Part shown: positions 39,856-48,453 of the stretch, one piece after another
Layout: every line of letters starts with the position of its first letter
Numbering within the stretch: position 1 is the first letter of the stretch
Origin: Candidatus Latescibacterota bacterium
Lineage (GTDB): Bacteria > Latescibacterota > UBA2968 > GCA-2709665
DNA: 64,000 nucleotides
Reading direction: 5' to 3'
NCBI GenBank assembly: GCA_963662665.2
Contig: CAXXJS010000061.1
Span: 96,001-160,000, forward strand
Translations under genes and position numbers: made by a program
Notes under the pieces: model-generated
What the model was told of the DNA's origin: nothing
Database searches by the model: none
Seen by the model: only the letters and a program-made list of their open reading frames with translations

Positions 39856-40914
39856 ATGAGCCCGACGAAAGTCGCCGTGATCGGGTGCGGTCAGATCGCA
39901 ACCACACAACATCTGCCGGCCTACAGAGAGGCAGCACATGCCGGGGTCTGCTCGCTTGTGGGCGTATGCGATCTGGATCCCATCCGGCTGTCGCGCGCCA
40001 GCAGGCAGTTTAAAGTCGCCGGATTTCAGGACGCGGAAGCGATGCTTGAAAAGACAAAGCCCGACGTCGTAAGTATCGCCACGCTGCCTTCGAGTCATCG
40101 AGATCTCGCGGTAATGTGCCTGGAGGCGGGATGTCACGTCCTGTGCGAGAAGCCCGTGGCGATGGACGCGGGCGAGGCCCGGGACATGGTCCGCGCCGCC
40201 GAAACAAACGACCGGCTGCTGAGTATCTGCTTCGAATACCGGACCTGGGACGAGTCTCGGTACCTGAGAAACCGAATTGCAGAGGGCGTCCTGGGTCACG
40301 TGCACGCCGTTCGGACGTGGGGAGGGTGTGCTTCCGGACTGCCGGGGATAGCATACAGTCCGGTTGGATTAACCGGCGGCGGCGTTCTCGCGCACTGGAC
40401 GATCCACAACCTTGATCTCGTGCTCTGGCTGCTCGGCAATCCCGAACCGCTGACCGCCAGCGCATTCTGCCATCAGCGGGTGTCCGAATACCCGCCGGCA
40501 GCCGGACACCTGTCAGACGACGTCGATCCAGCGTCGATCGATCCCGATTTCGAAGACTTCGGCGCAGGTTTCATTCGACTGTCCGGAAACACCATCCTGA
40601 CCGTGGAAGGAAATTTTCTTCAGGCGCCCTCTGACAGGCATGAGGGTTGGGAATTTCTCGGAAGCCGGGGTAACGCGTCCATCTCACCACTCAGAATCCG
40701 GACCGACGACGGAGGATCGTGGCGTGAAGAGACCCCCGACTTGAAGCCTTGCGACTACGATATGAGGCAGCTGATCAACGAATTCCTGGGCGCCGTGCGT
40801 CAGGGTGAGGCGTCTCCCGTTTCGGGCGTGGAAATCATTCGAATTCAGCGGCTCATGGACGCGCTCTACGCTTCGGCGTCATGCGGGCATGAAGTTGCTG
40901 TCGCGAGAGCCTGA
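39856..40914 (+). CDS. Gfo/Idh/MocA oxidoreductase
   Basis: VIGCGQIA, HVLCEKP and GGGVL..IHNLD motifs. Confidence 0.92.
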   Translation: MSPTKVAVIGCGQIATTQHLPAYREAAHAGVCSLVGVCDLDPIRLSRASRQFKVAGFQDAEAMLEKTKPDVVSIATLPSSHRDLAVMCLEAGCHVLCEKPVAMDAGEARDMVRAAETNDRLLSICFEYRTWDESRYLRNRIAEGVLGHVHAVRTWGGCASGLPGIAYSPVGLTGGGVLAHWTIHNLDLVLWLLGNPEPLTASAFCHQRVSEYPPAAGHLSDDVDPASIDPDFEDFGAGFIRLSGNTILTVEGNFLQAPSDRHEGWEFLGSRGNASISPLRIRTDDGGSWREETPDLKPCDYDMRQLINEFLGAVRQGEASPVSGVEIIRIQRLMDALYASASCGHEVAVARA

Positions 40915-40935
40915 GACATCAGGAGAACACACACG

Positions 40936-41544
40936 ATGGGGCTTGTCTACATCGAGTACATCAGCCGTCTGCCAGGCATCGATCTGGAGACCTTTCGCGC
41001 ACAGGCCGCACAGGGACAGGAGGGGTGGGACAGCGGGTATGAGGACGAGATGGTCCTGTCAATCGGCCGCACGTGGCGATTGGGGCCCAACCCGGGCTAC
41101 ATGACCGTCTGGCATACGCGGAGCGCCGGCCTTGAGAGGATAGACGCGTGGGACCGGATCTTTCGCAGCGGCGAGGCGGACGACCTGGAACAGCCTTTCT
41201 TTCAGGTCGCACGGATCGACGTGGCCGGCTGCTACGACCCGTTGCTCGAACCGGTCCCGGCCCGCAAGGGTACGTACTACGCCGAGTTTTTCGGCTCCCG
41301 CGACACCACGGATACCGTCAGAAGCTTCTTCAGGAGCCGTGCAAAACAGCATCCTGAATTCACGCTCAATCTCCTCGTACAGAGAATAGGGAAGCTGGCG
41401 CCCGAGCCCGGCGGCCTGGCCGTCTGGACCGTCCCCAATTTCGCAGCGCTGGATTCCATCGCAACCGAGTTGGACGAACCGGACATCCCGATCAGCCTCT
41501 CCGCCGCCGGGACCTATGCGGACTTCGGCAGTGAGATCCTTTGA
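40936..41544 (+). CDS. Hypothetical protein with an apparent two-fold internal repeat
   Basis: AGGAG RBS; the halves share the patterns YIEY/YAEF and RLGPNPGYMTVW/KLAPEPGGLAVW. Confidence 0.7.
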   Translation: MGLVYIEYISRLPGIDLETFRAQAAQGQEGWDSGYEDEMVLSIGRTWRLGPNPGYMTVWHTRSAGLERIDAWDRIFRSGEADDLEQPFFQVARIDVAGCYDPLLEPVPARKGTYYAEFFGSRDTTDTVRSFFRSRAKQHPEFTLNLLVQRIGKLAPEPGGLAVWTVPNFAALDSIATELDEPDIPISLSAAGTYADFGSEIL

Positions 41545-41635
41545 GAAGCTTGCTGGCGCGGCCTGTAGCGAGCCATTCCATTAGGTCCGCGGTATCAAGG
41601 GTGCGTACCTGGAACATAACATCGGACCGCAATCG

Positions 41636-42931
41636 ATGCTCTTTGTATCGCTCATCTGTGCGCTGTTGACGTTTTGTTTCCTCAGCTGTTCTGTTGCGTG
41701 CGCGCAGGGCGGTCTGACCGCGGAGCAATATGAAGAGGACTTCGATTTTCTCTGGGAGACGTTCCGTTCTGAATATGCCTATTTTGATGAAAAACAGACG
41801 GATTGGGATCGTGTCAGAGAGATCTACCGGCCACAACTCCGATCGATTTCGACAGAATCGGAATTTGTTGCACTGATGGAGACCCTCCTGGAGGAGCTGT
41901 ACGACGATCACATTCATCTGAACACGCATACGGCTTCTTCCCCGAACATCGTCCCGTCTCGGATCGACGTCTGGGCGGAATGGAAGGACGGGAAAGCGAT
42001 GATAACGGGAATCCGACCGGGCTTTCCCGCCGATGCCGCTGGTCTGCGGCCCGGGATGGAGATCCTGCGTTTCAATGGCATTCCAATCGAAGACGCCGTC
42101 CAAAAGCGGATGGGGCGGTCCTTTGTCCTGATTGACGACGAGATTGAGAGTTGGACGCTGAGAAAAGTGCTGGCGGGATATCGGAATCAGACCCGGACGA
42201 TCGAAGTCAGGTACCAGGGCGAGACGACGCGCGTCTCCATCCCGCCCGAAGCGTTCGATGCCGCGTATGATACACAGCACCGGACAAGACTCGATTTCCG
42301 GATGCTCGATGACCGGATCGGTTACGTGGCCATCAATGGTACCCTGGAAGGCCGTGGACTCCTGGACGACTTCGATTCAGGGCTGGAAGCGTTGCGGGAG
42401 ACCGCGGGATTGATCCTGGATCTCCGCAGAGTCGGCGGGGGCAATACCGGGATTGTGGAAGGAATTATTGGACGTCTGATCGATCGGGAGCGGGTCTACC
42501 AGAGAACCGTGCCGAGAGAAGGAACGCCGTTTCTGAGCCGCGTGAGACCGCGTGGAGAGTGGCAGTACAGACACCCGGTTGTCATACTGGTGAACCACTG
42601 GACGGGAAGCGCCGCCGAGGGTCTGGCAATCAGCCTGGATGCGATCGGGAGCGCGACGGTCGTCGGAACAAAGATGGCCGGCCTTGAGGGTTCAGTCTAC
42701 ACGATGCGGATGCCCCATACGGGAATCGGGTACCAATGCACCAAACAGAGGGTATTCAACGGCACGCTGAAGGGTGACCCGGCCTCGCGGGAGTTCGCCG
42801 GATCGTCCAGAAGCGCGTATATCCCATCCGTTCTCGTCGATACGATGACGGAAGCCTGGCGCGAAGACGAGGATCCGATTCTTGAGAAGGGTCTGAAGGT
42901 TCTCGGCAAACTGATGATTCGAGCGAGATGA
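41636..42931 (+). CDS. S41 family peptidase, secreted
   Basis: Signal peptide, PDZ-like PADAAGLRPG, LILDLR..GGG and TGSAAEG motifs. Confidence 0.88.
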   Translation: MLFVSLICALLTFCFLSCSVACAQGGLTAEQYEEDFDFLWETFRSEYAYFDEKQTDWDRVREIYRPQLRSISTESEFVALMETLLEELYDDHIHLNTHTASSPNIVPSRIDVWAEWKDGKAMITGIRPGFPADAAGLRPGMEILRFNGIPIEDAVQKRMGRSFVLIDDEIESWTLRKVLAGYRNQTRTIEVRYQGETTRVSIPPEAFDAAYDTQHRTRLDFRMLDDRIGYVAINGTLEGRGLLDDFDSGLEALRETAGLILDLRRVGGGNTGIVEGIIGRLIDRERVYQRTVPREGTPFLSRVRPRGEWQYRHPVVILVNHWTGSAAEGLAISLDAIGSATVVGTKMAGLEGSVYTMRMPHTGIGYQCTKQRVFNGTLKGDPASREFAGSSRSAYIPSVLVDTMTEAWREDEDPILEKGLKVLGKLMIRAR

Positions 42932-43047
42932 TTTATCATTCCCTGGTACCATTGCATCTTTCATCGTCGACGCCTTGGCGCGGCTTCGCTTTGCTCAGCC
43001 GCAACCAAATAGGTGACACGGAACGCACGCGTCCGCTTGATGAACCA

Positions 43048-43100
43048 ATCACTCCCCCCTTGAGGGGGAGTCGCAGAAGCCGAGCCGGCACCTGAGTACT
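43048..43100 (-). repeat. Inverted copy of the 35355-35407 repeat
   Basis: Reverse complement matches 35355-35407 with few substitutions. Confidence 0.75.
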
Positions 43101-43462
43101 CGCTATCTGCCTGCCGAAGAATGTCGTGGGCGTTGCCCTGAGATTGTGGTCCCTGAGCCTGTCGAAGGGACCGGCGACGGCTGATGCGGTGGGGGGAATA
43201 CAACACCATACCGTATGCAAGCAGCATTATTAAACATGCACGCATTTTGCGTTGAAGTCCTATTGTAGGGTCTAAAGACCATAGGCGTTCCCACGGAACC
43301 GTATGGTTCGGACATCGTCGGCCGGGCGACATTCCTGTAGATTTCAACTTCGGAACTATCGAAAACCTTGCTCCTGGAGAGCCAATAATCTATATTGGCG
43401 TTGTGTACTTAAGTTGCGGTATACCACCAGGAAATATTGGAAGTCCCTGAAGGAGCGTAATT

Positions 43463-43639
43463 ATGTGGAAGGACCCTATCGTTGAGGAAATTCATGCAGT
43501 TCGACGACAGATCGCAAAAGAGTGCAACCACGATATTCGTCAAGTTGTAGAACGACTACGCGAAAAAGAGAAAAGACATAAAGGAAGGCTTACGTTTCCG
43601 AAGCACGGCGTTGGGAAGAAGCCCAAAGCTACCGCATGA
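43463..43639 (+). CDS. 58-aa protein resembling partners found downstream of PIN toxins (orphan here)
   Basis: Not in the ORF track. AAGGAG RBS; MWKDPIVEEIHAVRRQIAKECNHDIRQVVERLREKE... Confidence 0.7.
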   Translation: MWKDPIVEEIHAVRRQIAKECNHDIRQVVERLREKEKRHKGRLTFPKHGVGKKPKATA

Positions 43640-43718
43640 TGGCTTCTCGTTTTGCTGCGGAATAGCGCCGAACGTGCGTTAACTGGACTGACGAAGGGCC
43701 TGAGAAAGAGAGACGCAA

Positions 43719-43958
43719 TTGAAAACAGACAGGGTACCGATGCAGGATGAACTGCGGGCGGAGTATGATTTGAAGAGCCTGCGGGTGAGGAAGGTGGGTC
43801 CGGGGCGAAAGGGCTTTGGCAGATTCGTCGTCCAGTTGGAACCTGATGTTGCAAAGGTGTTTCCAGACGCTGATTCCGTTAACGAGGCATTGCGTTTCCT
43901 GATACGCGTGACCACAGAAAACAAAGCGGCGCTTTCTGAAGATGATGGTAATATCTGA
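43719..43958 (+). CDS. BrnA-like antitoxin (orphan)
   Basis: DELRAEYDL...VQLEPDVAKVFPDADSVNEALRFLI, a pattern typical of genes following BrnT toxins. Confidence 0.7.
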   Translation: MKTDRVPMQDELRAEYDLKSLRVRKVGPGRKGFGRFVVQLEPDVAKVFPDADSVNEALRFLIRVTTENKAALSEDDGNI

Positions 43959-44187
43959 TGCCTGAAGTGAACGATCCGGACACCTAACTCCTTTAAATAC
44001 AATCGTATTTTCCTTGTATGCAAATCCCCGTTGGTGCGGTTGGCTCGCGGGGATTGTTTTCAATGAGTGGATTTGTTTTTCCGGGACACCAGGACAGATT
44101 TCGATTTGTTGGCGCGGACTGTGAGATCTTCGATTCCTTCCACGAACTTGTCGAAGCGCATCTATTGGTTGGAATTGCCGGCAGTTA

Positions 44188-44380
44188 GCCCCAATTCGAA
44201 GAAAACAGCAACTCGGCGACGCGACGAAACCCCCTGAAACGGGGCGTAACGGTCGTCAAAAAGGACATTTTTTCAGTTCACGTCCAGTGACCTGGTGTAT
44301 CCTGGTAATCAGCAGTTAAATCACCTTTATCCACTTGCCTATATGCGGTTTTACTTCCCCGAAGAATTACGAATCAAGGT
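44188..44380 (+). mobile_element. 193-bp MITE, copy 3
   Basis: TA|GCCCCAATTCG...CGAATCAAGGT|TA. Confidence 0.8.
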
Positions 44381-44415
44381 TAGACGTATACAACGTATAC
44401 AGTGAGGGAGAAACG

Positions 44416-45327
44416 ATGAAGACCTTTCCGTTGCAGTACACGGCGGCCGCCGCGGCCGGCCAGATGTCGTTCCATCTTCCGAAGGCCGTGCAGTACGAGG
44501 GAAATCCGGTCCTGGCGGCGACAGACGACCAGGAGTTCGCGGGACAGGACGCGACGTACATCTCGGTGCTACCGACGGCGGGGGTACTTCCGGACCCGAT
44601 CGACGCGTACTATGCCTACGTGGCGACGCACGACGGGTCGGAAATCTGGCTTGCGACGGCGGCGCACCCGCTGGGGCCATGGACGTGGCGGAGGGCCGTG
44701 CTGGAACTCTCGGCGACGTCGTTCACGAAGCACATATCGTCTCCTTCGGCCGTCATGCACAACGGGGAGGTCTATATGTACTTCCATGGCGTACACCCTA
44801 CCGGCAGGCAGCCGACGGCGCTCGCGACGTCCAATGACGGAATCCATTTCGAGCAGAAGGTGTTCCCCATAATGTCAACGCATCCCAACCTGGAGAACCA
44901 CTGGTACGGTCAAAGCGTAAGCTACGTCCGTGTGGTCAAGGACGGCCCCATGTTCATTGGGACCTTTCAGGGGAACGGACACGGGTGGAACGCGCAGGCG
45001 AACGGGGTGACGACCGTGGCCGGTCTGGCAATGAGCGATGACGGGATCCACTGGCGCCTGTCGAAAAAACCGTTGCTGGGAAATATGCCGGGCAGCCGGG
45101 GTCCGTTCGCCTCCATCCTCGTCCGGCTGTGGGACCGCTGGCTGATGCTGTTCAATGATGACCGCGGACTCTCCGGTGCGCTTTCGGAGGGCTCGGACGT
45201 GACGGGTCCGTACGAAGACATGGGTTGTGTGATCGAATCCGGCCACTGGCCGTTTCCGGTGTTTCACGAGGACAAGCTTTATCTTCTGTGCGGAGGAATC
45301 AACGCCGCGGTGGTCGAGTGGAAGTAG
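44416..45327 (+). CDS. Glycoside-hydrolase-like five-bladed beta-propeller protein
   Basis: YEGNPVL, ATSNDGIHF, AMSDDGIHW and GPWT/GPYE repeats; GAGGGAG RBS. Confidence 0.7.
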   Translation: MKTFPLQYTAAAAAGQMSFHLPKAVQYEGNPVLAATDDQEFAGQDATYISVLPTAGVLPDPIDAYYAYVATHDGSEIWLATAAHPLGPWTWRRAVLELSATSFTKHISSPSAVMHNGEVYMYFHGVHPTGRQPTALATSNDGIHFEQKVFPIMSTHPNLENHWYGQSVSYVRVVKDGPMFIGTFQGNGHGWNAQANGVTTVAGLAMSDDGIHWRLSKKPLLGNMPGSRGPFASILVRLWDRWLMLFNDDRGLSGALSEGSDVTGPYEDMGCVIESGHWPFPVFHEDKLYLLCGGINAAVVEWK

Positions 45328-45382
45328 ACGAAGCGCATCGTAACTGAATTGAATCGAACGATTGGATGCCGGGGGAAGAACC

Positions 45383-46042
45383 ATGAATAGAAGGTTGCTG
45401 CGAACGACGTATCATGCGGAAGTCGAAGTGGTCAACTTCACGCACGGCCTGCCGGCCCGGATGACGCAATCGCTGACCGGATCGTCGAGGGCCTCGACTT
45501 ATGACTATACCGATCCTTACGGGAGCCATTACGCGATGGTCCCGAGTGGAAATGCCGGAGAGGGCGTGACGCTGGCGGGGTCTCGGGTTTGCATGTCCGT
45601 CGCGAAGGTGTTGGAGTTGGAGGCGGTGGGGGTGACCGTGGCCGGACCGACGGAGTTGACCCTGGGGCTCGTGTCGCCGATCGACGGCGTCGCCGGGATA
45701 CAACTGCAGGCGGCCCCGATTGACGCCGGTGCGGCGCCGGCCGGACGCGTGAGGCTTCTGCTGCGGGACGGGTCTTCGGAGGGAAAGCAGACGCTTTTCG
45801 CGGAGGGCAACGACGGTCAGATCCATGACGGGGGGACGGTGATCGATGACGTTGACCTGGGGGTCATTGTTGATATCGATGCGAAGACCGCGCAGGCGCA
45901 CCTGGGGTATTCATACGTCTCCTGCGGTCCCGAGGGCTTTCCGGACGGACAGGTGCTGGCGCCCGCCATCCGGACGGCGCTGGTTGCCGATGGAAAGGCT
46001 TCGGCGAAGGTGCGCCGGATGACGATAGGGATATACAGTTGA
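45383..46042 (+). CDS. Hypothetical beta-rich protein
   Basis: 219 aa with GC-rich coding pattern; no motif recognised. Confidence 0.65.
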   Translation: MNRRLLRTTYHAEVEVVNFTHGLPARMTQSLTGSSRASTYDYTDPYGSHYAMVPSGNAGEGVTLAGSRVCMSVAKVLELEAVGVTVAGPTELTLGLVSPIDGVAGIQLQAAPIDAGAAPAGRVRLLLRDGSSEGKQTLFAEGNDGQIHDGGTVIDDVDLGVIVDIDAKTAQAHLGYSYVSCGPEGFPDGQVLAPAIRTALVADGKASAKVRRMTIGIYS

Positions 46043-46120
46043 ACGGGAAACCATTGGGAAGGAAGACGTGACAAAGAGAAGCGAATCGGTCACGTTCAAT
46101 GGCCATATCGAGACCAACAG

Positions 46121-47014
46121 ATGACAGATAGGTCCAGGGCGCTTGTGGAGGTGCATGTTGCGACACTCCTGTATGGATTTATCGGACCCCTGGGAAAGGC
46201 GGTCGATCTCGACCCGTATCAGATCGTCTTCTGGAGGACGGCGCTTGCAGCCATCGTTATATTCGTCGTCGCCGGGCGGCTCAAGAGCCACGTGCCCGTC
46301 AGGAGTTGGAACGATCTTGGGACCTTTGCGGCGATCGCAGCCTTGCTTTCGGTCCACTGGGTGCTCTTCTTCCAGTCGATCAAGGTCTCGACGGTCGCCA
46401 TCGGTCTGGTGACGACGTATACCTATCCGGTCCTCATGGTGTTTCTTGAGAGCCTTTTCTTTAATGTGAGGCTGCGCGCCCTTGACTTCGCCAGTGCGAT
46501 TGCGGTCCTGATCGGGGTCTACTGCCTCCCGCCGAATATCGACCTGTCCGATGCGAATTTCCAGGGGGTTCTCTACGGCGTGGCCTCCGGCGCCATGCTC
46601 CCGCTCTTCATCCTGTTGCGCAAAAAACGGATCATCGACAGATACAATACCTGGGACATATCAGCCTATGAAATGGGCATCGCCGGCCTTCTCCTTCTTC
46701 CATTCATGGTTTACAATGAGACGCTGTTCGAACTTCCCGGTACAAGGGACCTCCTGCTCGTGGTGGTGCTGGGCGTGGTGCTGACCGGATTCGCACGGAT
46801 TCTCTTCGTCAACAGCCAGAGACACCTTTCAGGAAAAGTTGTCGGGATTACCCTGGCCCTGGAAACGGTCTACGGTGTCATCATCGCGGTCATCTTCCTG
46901 GCTGCCATACCGTCCGGAAGAGAAATCATTGGCGGGCTGATCATCCTGTCCGCCGCTGTGTTCGAGAGCCTGAGAGCGCCGGGCGATCAAACAGCCGTTA
47001 GCGATAGTCAGTGA
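46121..47014 (+). CDS. DMT/EamA family transporter
   Basis: About ten hydrophobic segments; HWVLFFQSIK and LETVYG motifs. Confidence 0.88.
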   Translation: MTDRSRALVEVHVATLLYGFIGPLGKAVDLDPYQIVFWRTALAAIVIFVVAGRLKSHVPVRSWNDLGTFAAIAALLSVHWVLFFQSIKVSTVAIGLVTTYTYPVLMVFLESLFFNVRLRALDFASAIAVLIGVYCLPPNIDLSDANFQGVLYGVASGAMLPLFILLRKKRIIDRYNTWDISAYEMGIAGLLLLPFMVYNETLFELPGTRDLLLVVVLGVVLTGFARILFVNSQRHLSGKVVGITLALETVYGVIIAVIFLAAIPSGREIIGGLIILSAAVFESLRAPGDQTAVSDSQ

Positions 47015-47104
47015 TTCGGGAGATCCGCGGTACACGTAGAGAGATCTATCGACTGGACCGTGTCACCCACGGTGAATAAAGGAGGGCTCGAAAACAGACG
47101 ATTG

Positions 47105-47296
47105 GCCTCAATTCGAAAAAACAGCAACCCGGCATTGCGACGAAAACCCCTGGAACGGTGCGTAATGGTCGTCAAAAAGGACATGCTTTCAGTTCACGTC
47201 CAGTGACCTGGTGTATCCTGTTAATCAGAAGTTAAATCGCCTTTGTCTACTTGCACATATTCGGTTTTACTTCTCCGAAGAATTACGAATCAAGGT
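47105..47296 (+). mobile_element. 192-bp MITE, copy 4
   Basis: TG|GCCTCAATTCG...CGAATCAAGGT|TG. Confidence 0.8.
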
Positions 47297-47325
47297 TGGT
47301 TTCAGTAATCCTGGAGAGCGAAAAG

Positions 47326-48396
47326 ATGAAAGTCGGAAAGTTCATGATGCCGCTGCATCCGCCGCAAAAGAACCGCACGCAGACGTTCGAAGAGGACATC
47401 GAGTGCGTGCTATGGGCCGAGGAACTCGGTTTCACGGAAGCGTGGATCGGCCAGCACCACACTGCAATGTGGGAGCCCATTCCCGCCAACGACCTGTTCA
47501 TCGCCCACGTTCTGCCGCAGACGGAGCGAATCCGACTGGGCACGGGCGTCACCATCATGACGCAGCATCACCCGGCAAACGTGGCGGTCCGCCTCGCCTA
47601 TCTCGATCACCTGTCGAAAGGGCGCATCAACGTGGGCTTCGGGCAGGGGGGCGTGCCAACCGACTGGCCGCTGTTCGATCTCCCGGACCCGCGCACGCAG
47701 GGGCTGATGAACCTGGAGGCGATGGACATCGTCCTGAAGCTCTGGACCGAAGACGGTCCGTTCGAGTTCAAAGGGGACTTCTGGAACGTGGCGATGGCGG
47801 AGAAAGTACCGGAACTGGGGTTGGGGGAGGTGTTGAAGCCTTATCAGAAGCCCCATCCACCCATTGCCATGAGCATCGTCAAGGAAGAATCGATGGCGGC
47901 AACTACAGGCGGCAGGCGCGGGTTCCTGCCGATCAGCATCAATATGGCGCCGTCGCACAAGGTGAAACGGCAATGGGAAATGTACTGCGAGGGGGCCGCG
48001 GAAGGAGGGCGGCCCGAACCGGACCGGCGCGACTGGCGGATTTCGCGCAGCATCTGCGTTGGCGAGACCGATGCCCAGGCACGCGAGCACGCGTTAAACG
48101 GCGCTTTTGCCGACTCGCTGATGTACCTTCGCGGCATGCTCGAAATTGCCAATATGCTGGACCTGCCGAAGATGGACCCTGGGATGTCCGACGCGGACCT
48201 CACACGCGACTATTTCATCGACGAGATCGCCATCGTCGGCAGTCCCGACACGGTGACGAGACGCCTCCAGGAGCTGTACGACGTCACCGGTGGTTTTGGT
48301 ACGGTACTGATGATCGGTCACGACTGGGATGACAAGGCGAAGATGAAGCGCTCGATGGAGTTGATGGCGAAGGAAGTCATTCCACGCCTCCCATAA
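47326..48396 (+). CDS. Luciferase-like (LLM class) flavin-dependent monooxygenase
   Basis: AEELGFTEAWIGQHH, IRLGTGV, LDHLSKGR, KPYQKPHPP and VGSPDTV motifs. Confidence 0.92.
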   Translation: MKVGKFMMPLHPPQKNRTQTFEEDIECVLWAEELGFTEAWIGQHHTAMWEPIPANDLFIAHVLPQTERIRLGTGVTIMTQHHPANVAVRLAYLDHLSKGRINVGFGQGGVPTDWPLFDLPDPRTQGLMNLEAMDIVLKLWTEDGPFEFKGDFWNVAMAEKVPELGLGEVLKPYQKPHPPIAMSIVKEESMAATTGGRRGFLPISINMAPSHKVKRQWEMYCEGAAEGGRPEPDRRDWRISRSICVGETDAQAREHALNGAFADSLMYLRGMLEIANMLDLPKMDPGMSDADLTRDYFIDEIAIVGSPDTVTRRLQELYDVTGGFGTVLMIGHDWDDKAKMKRSMELMAKEVIPRLP

Positions 48397-48453
48397 GTGA
48401 CCCTACCCGCTGCGCCCAATTCCCTTTTCAAATTACACGTCAGGAGATATCCA

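Noticed and set aside
38992-40305. Long antisense ORFs (437 aa here; also 48433..49905, 60319..61188, 55391..56179, 34132..34920)
   Set aside because: They are shadows of motif-bearing genes on the opposite strand in GC-rich DNA.
43230-43460. Remnant PIN toxin upstream of the 58-aa gene
   Set aside because: Similarity is too weak to support by eye.
44335-44415. N-terminal extensions ...GFTSPKNYESRL on ORFs 44335 and 47251, and ORFs 16215..16676 and 33903..34175
   Set aside because: These are translations of the MITE. Better starts with RBS lie at 44416 and 47326.
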